A stretch of DNA of 60,032 nucleotides, counting the filler, from Dugesia japonica (Eukaryota): the NCBI GenBank assembly GCA_001938525.1. It is 5 parts of 5 records of this genome, joined end to end, with 100 filler letters (N's around TTAATTAATTAA, not from the genome) between each part and the next. Parts side by side here need not be neighbours in the genome. Positions count along the whole stretch, not along the records: positions 11,116 to 25,509 come from MQRL01580035.1; positions 25,610 to 39,875 come from MQRL01644319.1; 3 more parts are not named here. The stretch is one strand, 5' to 3'. The notes beneath the pieces are model-generated. The model searched no databases, was not told the origin of the DNA, and worked only from the letters and a program-made list of their open reading frames with translations. Positions 12,287-27,049 of this stretch are shown here, piece after piece; position 1 is the first letter of the stretch, and each line of letters opens with the position of its first letter. The translations under genes and the position numbers were made by a program.

Positions 12287-14097
12287 AATAAGTCTGCACT
12301 GCCTCACTACATCTCTTCATGGTAGAACATTTTTTGGGGCAGAGATTTCATTGGCCTCACACAGGTTTTCTGCAATTTGTGTTTCTGTGTTAATGACGTA
12401 ATATTTTCATGGTTACGTAAATATTATGTAATTATTCCGTAATAAATATTTTTTTTAATTGTTGACTTTTTATGACTTCTTTGTTTAAATTAGGCCAAAT
12501 TATGTATTTTTTGTTTTAATTAAGATAAATTTATTATTTTTCTTTAAATTAGTACTGGAATAGGTCTGCACTTCCTCACTTCCTCCCCTCAACGGTGAAA
12601 TTTAATTTAAAAAAAGAAATTTAATTGACCCCACACAGTGAAATTAATGATTTTTGTTTACATTAAGTGAAAGTAATTATTTTTAAAGAAATTAAGCAAA
12701 ATGAATTATTTTTAAAGGAAATTTCTCCTTGGGATATGATAAAATTAGTAGCGCCTGGCAATATTAACACTTAAATTTGTGATACCCCAAGATATATTAA
12801 CATTAACATAAGGTGCTTGCCGGACAGTTTTAACATTAGTTGCTAAAGTTTCGTAAGATGTTCGATGGGTCATACTATTAGTTGCTCCTGTGCTCATACT
12901 AAAAGATGTCTATGAGTTCACACTCTTTGCTACACCCGACATTAAATACTACCTGGATCATACTATTGGATTCTCCGACATCATATGATAACTTGCTCAT
13001 TAATATTAGCTGCTCATGAATGGAATCGTTTGCTCTTCCGTTTAAAATCATTTTTAATATTTATTTGTTTAAGTAAAGTTATTCTTTGTCATAGTATAAT
13101 TAAAATAATTAGTATATATTTATATTCTAAGTAAACTTATCAATATTATCATTAAAAGTATTTTCATACATTGATTCAATAACCGTTTTGTTTGAATTCC
13201 ATAACATTACATTACCTCCTATGACATGTACAGTCAAACGCAGCAAATCCATCAAGGTTTGTGAGCATCCAATCGAGTTCGTTCATAATTGAACTTATCG
13301 ATCGGCTTGTATACTTTTAACAAAACTAAACACGATTACAATATGTGCATCTCTGGCAGCAATGCTTCCGACAGTTCACATCCGGTTTCTACAAACTGAA
13401 TAACCTTTATAAAATAGAAACAGTTAGTTGTCAACGACAATATTTATCTAGACACATATCCGCAAAATGGTAAAGAATGCAAAGTAACTTGTTATAAATT
13501 CAATGCATCATATTAAATAAATCTTTAAATTAAATCATTACAGATAATGATTACTTATCATCATTAAAGAAAAGCATTTCTAAAAATTCATTAAGTTAAA
13601 TCAAAAAAGAAAAAACATCGCCGTTTAAATAAAAATTATTACCATTTATCTTAAATAAAAAATAAATCCTTGCTTAATGAAAAATTCATAATAATGATTA
13701 TAATTCATAATAAGTTACCGTACGAGCCATGTATCAAATAATGGTAAGTAATGGGGCAACTAAGGTTAACATGATCCGTTGAATATTTAATTTAAAAATT
13801 GTTAATTCCGCTTAATTTAAACTAAAATACTTTATTTCACTTAGGTTAAACAAAAAGTAAATAAATTCAATTACTTTAAACAAAAAATAAATAATTCGAT
13901 CTCATTTAAACACAAAATCTTGAAAGTTTACCACTAAAACAAATTGAATATAACGTAATCGTCTCGTAGTGTTACGTCGTCATTACTTAACTATGGAAGC
14001 ATTAAGTCATCAACACTAAAGTTTCGACCAATCAAATTCAAGCCTAAAAAAATGTCTTCCCATGGGGGAAGTAGTGAGGCCATGCGCCACTATTTAG
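12287..14097. mobile_element. Non-autonomous TIR DNA transposon, ~1.8 kb, family unassigned
   Basis: gcctcactacatctcttcatggtagaacatttttt (~12301) is an imperfect inverted copy of aaaaaatgtcttcccatgggggaagtagtgaggcc (~14047-14081). A second left-end-like copy lies at ~12555-12590. Confidence 0.5.
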
Positions 14098-15779
14098 CTA
14101 ATATTATTTAATGTTAAAGAATATTTTTAAAAAATTTTTAGGAAATAGTTTGTATATGTATCTTTGTAAAATTTAAAATAAATATTTCAATTTTGATTTT
14201 ATATGTATTTGTGTAAATTGTCAATAAAAGACGAAAAATTTCAGAAATTTGATAAAAAATAAAATTTGTTAAATTTATTTGTCTTACAAATTAATAAGAT
14301 GGCAAATACAGTTTTGGTGTTTCTACTGGTTTATTCATATTATTTCATTTAAACTTCTTTAATAATTTTAATATGAGCTGTAATATTATTTAAAAGATTT
14401 TGAATACAAAAATTAACCTTTAGTAGTTTGTTTTTTTTAGTTAGTATATTTTCAATGATTTACATCATTTGCTGTTAAATAACTTAAATAATAATAGATT
14501 AATAGATTAATAAAATATATACATTATAGAAAATGTATAAGCTTTGTGTTTCTTCAGGTTCAGTATGTTCAAGTAAAATCTAAGTATTTTGATAGTAAAA
14601 GTTATAATTTTAGGGCTTCTTAAATTTATTTTGACAGCCTTAACCGATAACTATACAAAAAAGTAACTTTGTCAGGAAATTATAAAATACCGGTTGAATA
14701 ATAGTTAAACGTGTACATCTTTATTTATCAAGATAAATAAATAAATAATGTGATTTTAAACCATAATTTAAATTTCACCTTTTTAAAAAAAAATATTAAC
14801 TAACTATTTTAGACTCATTATTATTATTGACGTTTAATTACATTATTATTTTTACAAATGATTTACAAATGAAACGATATTAAAATATATATTTTTGTAT
14901 AACATGTTTCGACAGAATATCTGTACTCTTCGGTTACAAAAGTTAAATTCTTTTTTAAAAATTCTGTATTGAAACAATATTTAGTCTTTTTTTAAATTTT
15001 TTTATTATTTTTAAAATTAGCTTGTATATAAAAAGTTCTGATTATGTTAGACATTCTGCAATCTCTCCAATAAATCGAATTAATTAAAAAAATTCAATAA
15101 AGATTTAGAAAGACCAATTTGAACAAGAATTTTTGGAACATTTGATTTAATCATCAACGACTCTATAACAATAGTTAATACTAAACATAATAACTCAGAT
15201 AAATTAAATCAGAAATGAATAATTTAAGCCACAAAATTCAAAAAGTTATTGAGAAAAATTTCAAAGTTTACAAATTTAGTAATATTATATTAAAAACAAA
15301 TCATATCATATTCACATTTTTACTCATGTGGAAAAAGGATATAACACTCAAACAAACAGTTATTATACTCCTTTAATTATTGTAACGATTATACAACTAT
15401 TGTGAATTTTTTTCTTTATTTCCAACTAAAAAAAACTTAAATATAAACTATTATTATTTGTTTACATATAAAAATAAAATCTTCGTTAGCGGAATTTTTA
15501 TTTTCAATTTATTTCTTTTATTTATTTTTCTTTAAAGTCAGAAAACAAATGCTTTTTATCAATTGAGAGAAAACAAACTTTGTAAACTCATTTCAAAGTG
15601 AATTCTTTTATTCTTTTAATTTTCTGATCGTAATGTGCAATTTTTCAAAAAAATAAAAAAATTTAATTTTTATTCTTAATTTACAAAAAGAAATATCTCA
15701 AATTTTAAATTTGTTTTCATTATTTATTTTTATTTATATTATTTTTTTAAATTCTTTTTTTTTGAATTTTTTCATTATC

Positions 15780-17520
15780 ACTTCAAACAAATTGGTAGCT
15801 TCTAAATTCTTTGTCTTCTCTTTAAATGCTGTTGTCACTACTTTGGTCTTCTGACAAATTTCACAACTACGAACTANTTTCTGTATTTGGCTGCACAAAT
15901 TCTTTGCAATATATTTGTCTCTCATTTAGTTGCACACCTTTTCAACTCTTGCATGACATAATAATTTATGTATTTCTTCTATTGTTTCATGTAATTTGTC
16001 ATTTCATATTCTTGATCAAATTTGTTCCCTAAGAAATGTTTAACTGATTTTCATTTTCCTTTTCAATCATGTTTAGTATTCTCGTTTATTACTTTTATTC
16101 TTCCCTTTCTTGGCATCTTCATGTGACATTTGACATTGTACACATACCTCACATCTTGGTCTAAATAACATATATGCATTACTATGTTGAATTCCTTTTC
16201 TATATCCCAAAACCATGTTTAAACTGCTCAGATAATTAATACATGTTTGGAATTGCAATGTAATTGGTTTCTTCGTCGTCATCATGAAAGTTANNNNNNN
16301 NNNNNNNNNNNNNNNNNNNNNNNNNNNNNNNNNNNNNNNNNNNNNNNNNNNNNNNNNNNNNNNNNNNNNNNNNNNNNNNNNNNNNNNNNNNNNNNNNNNN
16401 NNNNNNNNNNNNNNNNNNNNNNNCCATAGGCAACAACTCTTTCTCTTCCTTCTTTATCTCTCTGTGACAATACTGCTCCAATCGTATCGAAACTGGCTTC
16501 TGTATCTAATATAAATTCTTTGTTTATGTTCGGAAAATACAATATTGGTGCAGATTTTTTCAAACCCTCAAAAGTTTCGTTAATTGCATATGTCCATTCT
16601 AATTTCTTGTTGCTTGGTCCGCTACACTGCTCTAATATCTTTGACTTTCTGCGTAGTTTTCTATAAACTTCCTATAATAATTACAAATTCACAAAAAACT
16701 TCGTAACTTCTTTCACACAGTTAAGTTTGCCAAATTTTCTTATTGCTTCTATTTTAGACGGATCAGTTCTAACACCATCCCGGATAATTATGTGTCCAAG
16801 AAACTTGATTTCGCTTTGAATAAACAGACACTTTTCTGGATTAATTCTTAGACAGCCTTCACTATTTCCACCAATACTTTTTCAATGAATTAATATTGTT
16901 GATCTTTATTGTTCTTAAATATCAGAATGTCATCAAGATAAACTATGGCTCCACTGATTNCGCCAACCACTTTTGTCATCATCTCCTGATAGCTTCTTCA
17001 ATTTTAGCTTCTAAATACATTGGTTGTCTGTGCGGTTTTACATTGATTGGTTTACGACTTGTGATCATTTTGTGTCTTGTCAGATGTGTGCATCCAACAT
17101 CCCATTTATCTGACATAAAAGCATCTTCTTTACTTCCAATTATTTTCAATAACCGTTGATCTTCTTTAATTTTTAAAATATTTAAGGCTCTTATCAAGCG
17201 CTTTCCTTTTTTAATTTGTCCTCCAAATTTCGTTTCAATATTAAAAATGTAATTTTCGACTTTTTCATCCGTTATTGATCTTTTGCATAAGCTGGTATCC
17301 AAAATTTCTCTGCATATCTATTCCTCCTATCAGATCTGGTGTCACTTCTTCAGCAACTAAGAAAGTAATTTCTTTGCAAACTTCATCAATAATCACTCCA
17401 GTTCTAACTGTCCCAACAATTTCAAGTGTACTATTATTTGCACAACTCAATCTTTCATCAGTCATTTCTAAATTTCTTTCTCATAATTTATTAAAATAAC
17501 TCAAACACATAACGTTAATT
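15780..17520 (-). mobile_element. Degenerate Gypsy pol (PR, deleted RT, RNase H, integrase N-terminus)
   Basis: PDLIGGID, PINVKPHRQP, FILDTEASFDTIGAVLSQ, CEICQKTK. Confidence 0.88.
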
Positions 17521-18090
17521 CAAGCCTGTGGATGACACAAAATGATCCTTCGTATGGTGATTGCAGGCTTGTTGGATTGGGTGCTCGGAGCCATACTTAA
17601 TCGCAATCGTTTAGAGCAGATGGAATGAAGATGGTTCTTTTTGTTACATTTAGTGGCTTTGGTTTCTCGAAACGTTGTATTGAAGCTTGAAAATTTTCTT
17701 TCGTAATAGCAATTTCCATGTCTGTGGTTGGAATGATGTCTCCAGGGAGGCGAGTTGATGAACCATAGACGAGTTGCTCTGGTGAGGCTTGTTGCCCTGT
17801 AGTTGTTGCATTTCTTAGTCCAAGCATGACTATAGGCAAGTCAATGGACCATCTCCGTTCTGCAGTTGTGTTATGTGTTCGAATAGCATTTTTTAGGGTT
17901 CGATGAAGTCTCTCAATTTTACCGTTACATTGTGGATGGTATGCTGTTGTGTTGCGGTGATCGATTCCGCATCTCTTGCACATTTCTTTGAAATGATTTG
18001 AAATAAATTGTCTCTCTTGATCAGAATTTATGATTTCTGTTGGGCCAAATCTATTGATCCACACTTTTTCGACCGCATCTACAATAGCTT
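17521..18090 (-). mobile_element. Integrase fragment of a different Gypsy family
   Basis: WINRFGPTEIINSDQERQF, TTAYHPQCNGKIERLHRTLK, LQSPYEG. Confidence 0.88.
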
Positions 18091-19249
18091 GAAATTAATA
18101 ATGAAATTAAAGTAAATTAATGAATTGGAATTAAAGAAAGAATAAATGAAAGCAAGGAAATGGATATTATCTATTTATATTATATCACTGTTATATTTAT
18201 AGAAGTATTATAAATATATTATTATAAATAATAATTATCAAATAAACAAAGTATATTAATATTATTAGATCACTAAACTCAGTACTGTAAAAAATTAGAA
18301 TTATAATTAAAACAAAAAGTGCAATTTTTATTATTATTGTAATAAATCAGAATAATATTATTTAAAGTTGATGTATTGTTATTATCTGAAAAATAAAAGT
18401 AATTGTTAAATCATTATTATTAATAGAAGCATTGAATATAAACATATAATTTTATTCTGAACCGTTAAAATAAATAAGTATGAATATTATTATGGCATAA
18501 AAGTGGAAAATAATAATAATTATTATTATTAATATTATTATTATTATTAGAAATTGGAATGAAATTGTAAATTATTATTTGTAATTATCTTTGTTTGGAT
18601 TAATTTATAATTAGGTATAAGTACCATTTGAAAATATTTATTATTTATAATTACTAAGGTCACTCTGGTGACATTTGAATTTAAAAACAAAAACGACTAA
18701 AAACGAGTAATTTTGAATTTGTAAAATCATCCAACTATCACTGAAAGTTATAGCTTAAAAGCATCAGCAATGATACGAACGAGTGAGCACATCTAATAGT
18801 ATGTATACAAAACCTTAATATTTAAAGATACAGAGGTTGATTTCTAAATAGAAACGGCAATTTTACAAAGCACTGGGTTATGTGAAAGGATTTCATACAC
18901 AGTAAAAACAAAAATTGTAACGGACCACGATTTCATAAAATATGGTTTGTAATAGTCAAAATTCAGTGAATTCAACTATAGAAGGATTGTACAGAAACAT
19001 CAAAAAAACTAAAATAATCTCTGAATTATATAACTGATTTCCATTGGATGATCATAGTGATCATAGTTCACCTAGAACCAAAACAATATAAAGGAAAATC
19101 ATAAAACTAACAAAGAAACCCTTCTTTTCATCATAAATTTATAATCATGAGAATCGAATTTTGAGAAATCACTATTGTGAGTGTGTTTTGAGAAGCGAGT
19201 TGAAATTGTTGTTTGATTGGTGATCATTTTTATAAAAATCTTTATTTCA

Positions 19250-21140
19250 AATCTGTATGATAACAGTATCTTCCGGAAGTGTAATTCCCAATGGAATACG
19301 CCATTAATCTGCGTTTGGAAAAAGTAAAAAAAAAGGATATACGATTATGCTTAGATTTTAGACACCTCAATGCAATAACAGAAAGACATTCTTTTCCTAT
19401 GCCAAATGTGGACGAAATGCTGGATGCTTTGGAAGGTACACAATATTTTTTCTCAATAAACTTGGAAAAGGCATACTATCAAGTAGAACTCAGTGAGAAC
19501 TTTCAAGAGAAGACAGCTTTCTCGACCAAAAAAGGGCAATTTTGTTTCAATGGAATGCCTTTTAGAATCACGACAGCACCAGGTACGTTCCAGAAAATGA
19601 TGAATAAAGTTAATAATAAAAATAAAATTAATAATAAAGGAGCGATGATTTATCTAAATGATATTCTTATATTTACCGAAACAAAGAAGCAACACTATGA
19701 AATATTCAATAAAGTATTGACATAAATTAAGAATGCTGGTCTAAAAGTTAATTTAGGAGAAATGTTATCCAACTAAAATAAAAGTAGTTAAGAACTTTGT
19801 TAAACCAAAATGCTTTAAGAAGATGAGAAACCTTTTGGAAATTTGCAATTACTATCGCTAGTTTATTAAAGATTATTTGAAAAAGACTAGATTACTGAAA
19901 CAACTTTCTAGTGGACAAAGTAACAAGAAGATTGAATGGGTGAACGAAATAGAAGAAGTTTTTATTGGAATGGAAGAAGCACTTATGATGTCTCTTATAT
20001 TATATTTTACAGATATAAATAGAAGATTTATTCTGGAAACAAATGCGAGCTCCAATACGATTTGGGTAGTACTATCTCAAAGGGACAACAATGGGTAAGG
20101 AAGAATAATTTTAAATGGGTCACACGCAATGACAAGTTATGAGAAAGGATATTCTACTGTGCGGAAAGAATTGATCGCAATTTACTACTTTTGTATTCAT
20201 TTCAAACATTATTTATATGGAAAAATATTTATCTTAAGAACATACTATAAAGCTATTACTTTTATGCTAAATACCAAGAGATCGATAACGTCACAGTTTC
20301 AAACCTGGATTAATTATTTGAGCAGTTTAGATATAAAATTGGAATATAGAAAAGGATCGCTTCATACAAACGCAAATATGTTGTCATGGAATAAATGGAG
20401 TAAACATTTGCACAATGTATAATGTCACATGAAGATCCCAAAAGTGGCAAATTAAAAACAATATGTTAAATACAGTAAATATTCTAGGGAAACAAGACAA
20501 TTTAGGTAAAAATGATGAAGGAACATGGATACCTGATGAAACAGTAGAAGAGGTTATAATGAGAATACACCATCTTTTGTGTCATTCTAAAGCGGAAAAG
20601 TTAACATCATATATGATGCATAATTATAACGCGAAACATTTGTGGAGTAAAGTACAACAAGTTGTGCAAAGTTGTATAACATGCCAGAAAGCTAAAGTAT
20701 TAACAACAAAAACGAAGGAAGAAACAAAAACGACACAGCCATCCGAATTGTTTGAACTGTAATTTATAGATGTGAATGGACCACTTCAGGAAACAAAAAG
20801 TCGAAAAAGATTTGTTCTCGGTATAATTGATCAATACAGTAAGTATATAGCCTTGATAAAATGACAAGACAAGATGAATATACCATAGGGAAAGCAATAT
20901 TGGAGAAGTAGAAATCAAAGTTCGGGCTGATGCATTGCCAGAGATAGAATTTACTTTGAATGCTACAAAAAAGAAGACCATCTGGAAAAGCTCGGAAAGA
21001 TAATAAGCAGAGGAAAATGATACAAAACAGATTCTCAAAGAGAGCACAAATCACAAGATAAAGATATATTGACCAAAAGAAAAAGGTTGGTTATGAGGTA
21101 TTAGTGAAATTAGAAACAAGAAACAAGAACCAAGATCGTT
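19250..21140 (+). mobile_element. Degenerate Gypsy pol (RT, RNase H, partial integrase)
   Basis: RLCLDFRHLN, AYYQVEL, KTAFST, YLNDILIF, HFKHYLYG, HHLLCH...CITCQK. Confidence 0.9.
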
Positions 21141-21219
21141 TAGATTGGAGCTATTTAATGTTAAATGAATTGATTGATTATACTCAAAACGAAAGATTTT
21201 AAAAATGATAAAAAATGAA

Positions 21220-22050
21220 TCGATTATATCTTTTTAAACAGAACAGAAAACAAATAAATCCTACCCTAAATTGCAAGACAGACCAAATGTTACAGTATCA
21301 ATTCAAGGAAATTAAGTTGGATATCTTTTAGATACAGTGGCTCGAATTAACGTTATGAGTTTGAGTTGTTTTATTTTACGAGAACTATATTTAGAAATGG
21401 TATTAGAATATAAAAAGGAATTCAACATGTTAATGTTATCTAGACAGATATGTATGGTATGTGTACAGTGTAAAGAAGCAATTGATCATTTCTGAAGAAA
21501 GAATCAAGATAACATAAATTTCAAATGCCAAAATAAGTGAAACATTTGAGGAAATATTCAAATTATTATGTCATACATGAGTTGAATATATGAGAGGCAA
21601 ATACATTGCAAAGAGTAGTAGAGCGAAATAGAAAAGATTGTTCGTAGCTGTGAAATTTGACAGATGATCCAAGTAGTGACGACAGCAACCAAAGGAAAGA
21701 CAAATAGATTAGAAGCGAGCAATTTGCATTCACAGGTATATGTTGTCCATTAGGGGAAACAAGTGGACGAAGAAAAACATTCTTGAAATAATATATCAGT
21801 TCAGAAAATATCTACTTCTAATAGCATGGCCTAAACAAAATGAAGAAACAATTGTTGAGAAGTGTATATTGAGATTTCGATGCTGAAGAGAGATAAGACT
21901 AGATTGTGAAACGGTATTTGAATCTGTAGTTATGTAAAATAAATTAGATGTTAAACTTGGCTTTTATAGTCCTTATCATCACAGTGCAAACGGATAAATT
22001 GAAATACAGTTTATGACAATTTGAGATTTAATTAACGCTATACTTCAGAA
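21220..22050 (+). mobile_element. Heavily deleted Gypsy PR/integrase scraps
   Basis: LLDTVARINVMS (~21325) and FYSPYHHSANG (~21962). Confidence 0.7.
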
Positions 22051-24069
22051 GATTAATATTTTTGTCTGGTAGCATTTTTTATTTTGTTTAGATCACCATT
22101 ATTTGAATTGATTTGTATGTGGATTTTATCTTCAGTTTTAACTTTCTCGGAAATTCTCAAATTTAATTCTGACTGAAATTTTAAAAGAACTCAATTATAA
22201 AATCAATAATAAATATTTAATTATTTCAATGTTTAAAAATTCTCAACATTCTGCAAATATTCTGTAAAAATAAGTAATTAATAATGGATATTTAAATTTT
22301 TTGAACATTGAAAATGAATATATTTTTCCTGGTTAAAAATGAAAAGGTTAAATTAAATCATATGCAAACTTATTTGTTTTAGATTAAATTAATATAGATT
22401 TTAAAATTGATAAAGATTTACTTTGTTGATAAATTTAATTGGTTTTTAACAAAAAATAAAATAATAAAAAATATAAATTAAAATAATATATGATAAATAA
22501 AATGAAATATTTTCTACTACTGTAATATTAAAAAAAAATTATTTAAAAACAAAAATTTATAAAATGAAATAAATAATAAACTCATAAATTGAAGAAACAT
22601 TTCGTACAACAATAACCTATCTATTTAATGAGTTATGCCTGATTGATTCTTTTAAATATCAGTCGTCGTAAAAATTTAGAATTTTTATTTTTCTAAATTA
22701 AAATAAATTAAAAATTAATATTAATAAATTAAATTAATTAATTAATAAATTAAAATTAAAATCTATGAAAAACCGATTTTTAACATCTTTTTTGGATTAT
22801 TTATTTCAACTGTTTTAGTATTTGCGTTTTAAAATTTAAATTATTTCAATTCCTAGTACAATGCTTTCTTTTATTTTAAAAAATACTTTTATTATTAATT
22901 CGTAGATGAAAGTATGAAAAATATGACACAATCTCGAGAAGAAATATATCTGAAGCTACAAATTAATAGGCATTTGAATGAATAAAAATTAAAACAGCAA
23001 GTGAATTTCTGCCGTGGTTTGAATTTACCCGATAAACTCTTAGACAGATATTATAAAAAGCCGAAAGCTGTGCTATTAGCTAAATAAAATTCAGTCACAA
23101 GACCTCTCAAATGTGGTGTCCTTTATTTTTGAAGCAATATGTGGCCTAGATATACCATACACAATTTCACAGGACGTCTTTATCTCATTAATTGTTGTTT
23201 AAGCTCAAAATTGTGACTGACTCGGATTTATTAGTTTTATAGTGATTGACAGAAAGTGTATCACCGGGTTCTAACGGCTCATAATATATCACGTTCTCAA
23301 TATCCCACCAAATGTAAATTATTATATTTTTTTCTGAAAGGATTAAGCTTTGAAACCGATATTCGTGGTTTTCCAGAATTTAATAATGACTCTTTACGCT
23401 TCGGATAATCATATTGTAAGGATTGCTCATCCCTTGTCACAATTTTCTACAAGGACGACTGTCAACACTGTCTATTGAGAAGAGAGAAAGACGGATTTCC
23501 ATTTGTTGATCTTTCTTTGATTGAGGGAATTCATGCGGGACACATTTTCCTTCATTTTTTATTTTAAAATTTAGAAACAATTTACTGAGTGGTAAGTGCA
23601 AAAGAATCTGCCGAATATTATAAACATATTATTCGTTGAGCAAGAATATCAACTAAAATTGATAGGACAGAGTTATTTTGGAAGCGAATAACTTCCAAAA
23701 CGTTTATTATTAAATAGGAGAATTGAACTTTTAAAGAAGAATATTTTAAATCACTGGAAGCCTAGAATTTATATTTCAATTTGTCTGCTATTACTTGATG
23801 TGAAATGAATGGAAAACAATAAAAGTTAAACAGATATTATTTAATTTGTATAACAGTAACGTTGGCTTTATATTTCAATGTCTATATCGACTTCACAAAA
23901 TTTCGTGTAACGTAAATTGATCTTTGTACGAGGAATTACTGTATAATATAATGTATTTATTTGTGTATATTTATAAGTGTGTATTTTGTGTGTTTNNNNN
24001 NNNNNNNNNNNNNNNNNNNNNNNNNNNNNNTTTCATTTAAATTCAAATAAATATTACAAAATAACTCAC

Positions 24070-24517
24070 ATATCCAAATAATAACACATATTAGTTTAGC
24101 ATCCCGAAGTGACATTGTTCGATTTGTCCACGGTAATGTGATAGCAATAAAACGACTTGTTGTCAATCCAAGAAGCATTAAGGATGCAGTATACAATGTA
24201 ACCTGTTTTAATTAAAAATATATTGATGTTTATTAATTGAGAGTACATAAAAACCCTACATAAACTGCATAATTCAATAATTTGCATAAAACTATTCCGA
24301 AAATCCATTTTTGAAATATGTAGTGCATCATTGTTATTGGAACTGTTGATAATAGAAAAACCATATCCGATAATGCAAGACCAATACAGAATATTTCATA
24401 AACTTGTTTATTTTTACACGGAACCAAAATGAGTATAGCAAATGCATTGCCTATTATTCCTACGGCTGAAATCGATATTGGGAAAATTAATAATTGATTG
24501 AAATGATATGAACTCAT
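24070..24517 (-). CDS. Class A (rhodopsin-like) peptide GPCR, exons covering TM1-TM4 (24517-24260 and 24202-24070)
   Basis: GIIGNAF (TM1), GLALSDMVF (TM2), WIFGIVLCK. A 57-nt GT-AG intron at 24259-24203 restores the frame YAVY|VTLYTAS...TSRFIAI. A GTGAGT donor follows IIWI. Downstream exons were not identified. Confidence 0.85.
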
Positions 24518-25442
24518 ATTGGGATGGATATACAACTGTTATCGTTTTGAATGTTTACAACAAACATGCTTAAATTTCAAAGTCATTTTAATTAACCAAT
24601 TAAAATCATTCAATATATGATTGGTTTAAATTACAAATTATAATTTTCATTGATTTTTAATTATCATTTTGAAAAATTAAATAAATAAAATAAATAAAAT
24701 TCAATTTATAAAACATGTTTAGTTAACATCATGGATAAACATAATCTAAAAATAATTTTTCGCCAGTTTAATATTATACAGGCATTTAAAATAATATGAA
24801 TTAAATTTTTCTCAAATTATTTAGCTTGTTTTCTTGCTATCAGCCAAAAGCTTGTTAGAGTATTAATGAAGAATTAAAAAAGAATAAAAATTTTTATTCA
24901 TATTCTTCATCATTATTTTTTTTTGAAAATTTCAATATAGTACAAAATATCAAATAACTACTCGTGATTTTTAATCTTCAACATCACTGCTATCGGCTTA
25001 GTAACGAATAATTGTTTACAAAAGAAAACGGAAAGATTATCTGTAAAGTATTTGTAAAAACATTATACAACAGCAGCTAATAAATATTCTTTTTAAAACT
25101 TCTGATAAATTTACCACATTTGTCATACTTTAACTACTCGATAGTAAGTTTAAGTAAATTGCTTTTTTTGTTCATTTTATATTGAAACAATTATATAAAT
25201 TAAGAACAATTGTCTTTTGCATAAGTTTATTAATTTTAATAAAGTTCAAATGTGAAATTGTATTAAAATGAATGATTACATAAATATATCAAAATATATA
25301 ATTGAAGTAAAAGAAAACCAAAGATCCGATAAAATGAATGCATAGATGAGAGTCACTGCTACTTTTCGGAAATGTGGTACACTTAATAAACACTTAAACT
25401 AAATTAATCTACTAAATGCAAATCAAAATACACTGTTATGAC

Positions 25443-25509
25443 TTTAATAATAATAACAATTATGATAATACTAATAATAATAACAATAATACTAATAATA
25501 ATAATAATA
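25443..25509. repeat. (AAT)n microsatellite
   Basis: Imperfect AAT run at the scaffold end. Confidence 0.8.
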
Positions 25510-25609
25510 NNNNNNNNNNNNNNNNNNNNNNNNNNNNNNNNNNNNNNNNNNNNTTAATTAATTAANNNNNNNNNNNNNNNNNNNNNNNNNNNNNNNNNNN
25601 NNNNNNNNN
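25510..25609. other. Artificial scaffold spacer
   Basis: 44N-TTAATTAATTAA-44N. Confidence 0.95.
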
Positions 25610-26780
25610 TTTCCGACTTCCGTGGCCGACCTGGCCCTCTATGTTCCGTCGCAGTGGGCTCGGTGCTTGCGGCCGGTGTAGCTTCTTCTTTTATCGCTGC
25701 TTTTTTGCACAAGTTGGTGTGATATATTTTTGGTTTCTCCAACAGGTTTCCTTTCTTCCGCACTTTGAGATTTGTTTCCGTTACTTCGATTACTTCATAA
25801 GGTCCTTGCTATGGCCTTTTTAATTTCGATGTTGAACCGACACAAATGTCTGGTAAATTGATTAATACCATGTCGCCATTTTTAACGGAATGTTGCACTG
25901 CTGATTTATCGTGTAAATCTTTATAGCTCTCCTGGTAGAATCCTACATTCTCCTTGGCTTGTTTCATATTTTCTGCATGGTCTCCTTGAAATTTTCAGCA
26001 AAATCCGTTTCATCTTGATATTGTGTTATCGGTGGCTGGAATTCCAAGTCAATAGGCATGTTACATTCTCTCCCATACATAAGATCAAATGGCGTGTATT
26101 TGGTGGCAGGGTGCACACTCATTCGATATGCGAACAGGCATAGTTGAATATGTTTATCCCAGTTATTTTGTTCCTTCTGCGCGTAACTAGACAGCATGTT
26201 GATCAAGGTTTTATTGAACCTCTCTGTTAATCCATCCGTTTGAGGATGATAAAGTGATGTCCGTAACTGGTGTATTTTGAGGAAGTTCGATACTTCTGCT
26301 AATATATTGCTCATGAAATTTTTTCCTTGGTCGGTCAATATTTTCTTTGGTGTGCCATATCTGCTATTAAATTTTCGTACCAGAATATCGGCTATAGTTA
26401 TGGCCTTTTGATTTTTCATTGGAAATGTCTCTGGGAATTTAGATAAATAATCCATTATGGTAAGTATTTAAATATTTCCGCTTAGCGTTGGTGGTATAGG
26501 TCCAACAACATCCATAGCGATGATTTCCATTGGTGCGGCTGGTACCGCGATTGGTTTCAATAATGCTTTTACTCTTTTGCCTGTTCCTCTTCTGGCGTCA
26601 TATATTTGGCATTTAGCAATCCATTCCTTCATAGATTCTGTCATATGCGGCCAGTAATATTTCTGTCTTAATTTTGATTCGGTTTTCTTGTGGGACATAG
26701 GTCCTCCTAATACACCATTGTGATATTGTTCAAGTAGCTTATCCCGTCTTGCCTTAGGAATGACTAGCACAGTATTATCT
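25610..26780 (-). pseudogene. Integrase of the giant element, with C-terminal AT-hook-like GRPRK
   Basis: YHNGVLGG...KYYWPHM...CQ, IAMDVVGP, ILTDQGKNF, YHPQTDGLTERFNKTL, HRGPGRPRKS. Confidence 0.92.
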
Positions 26781-27049
26781 CCGTCCTGAGCTGTCAACCA
26801 TCCTTTAGTAATTGAATAACGCCCTCCTTTTTTCTTTAAATGTACCTTCATCTTGGGTTCACATTCTAACTTCTCCAAGTTATAATTTTTCATATATTTC
26901 GTGATGATCTTGATCTCCTTGTCATCCGCCTGTGCTTGTTTCAATCCATCGAAGTTTTTGTCTTCAGCGAATATAAAGTATACCATTCCTACTTTTTTCT
27001 CCAACAATTCTCGAAATGTAAAGGTTTCTGTATCATCAGGTGTGTTCTC

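Noticed and set aside
22980-23940. Possible downstream GPCR exons or another gene
   Set aside because: I could not find an open, splice-compatible frame with TM5-7 motifs.
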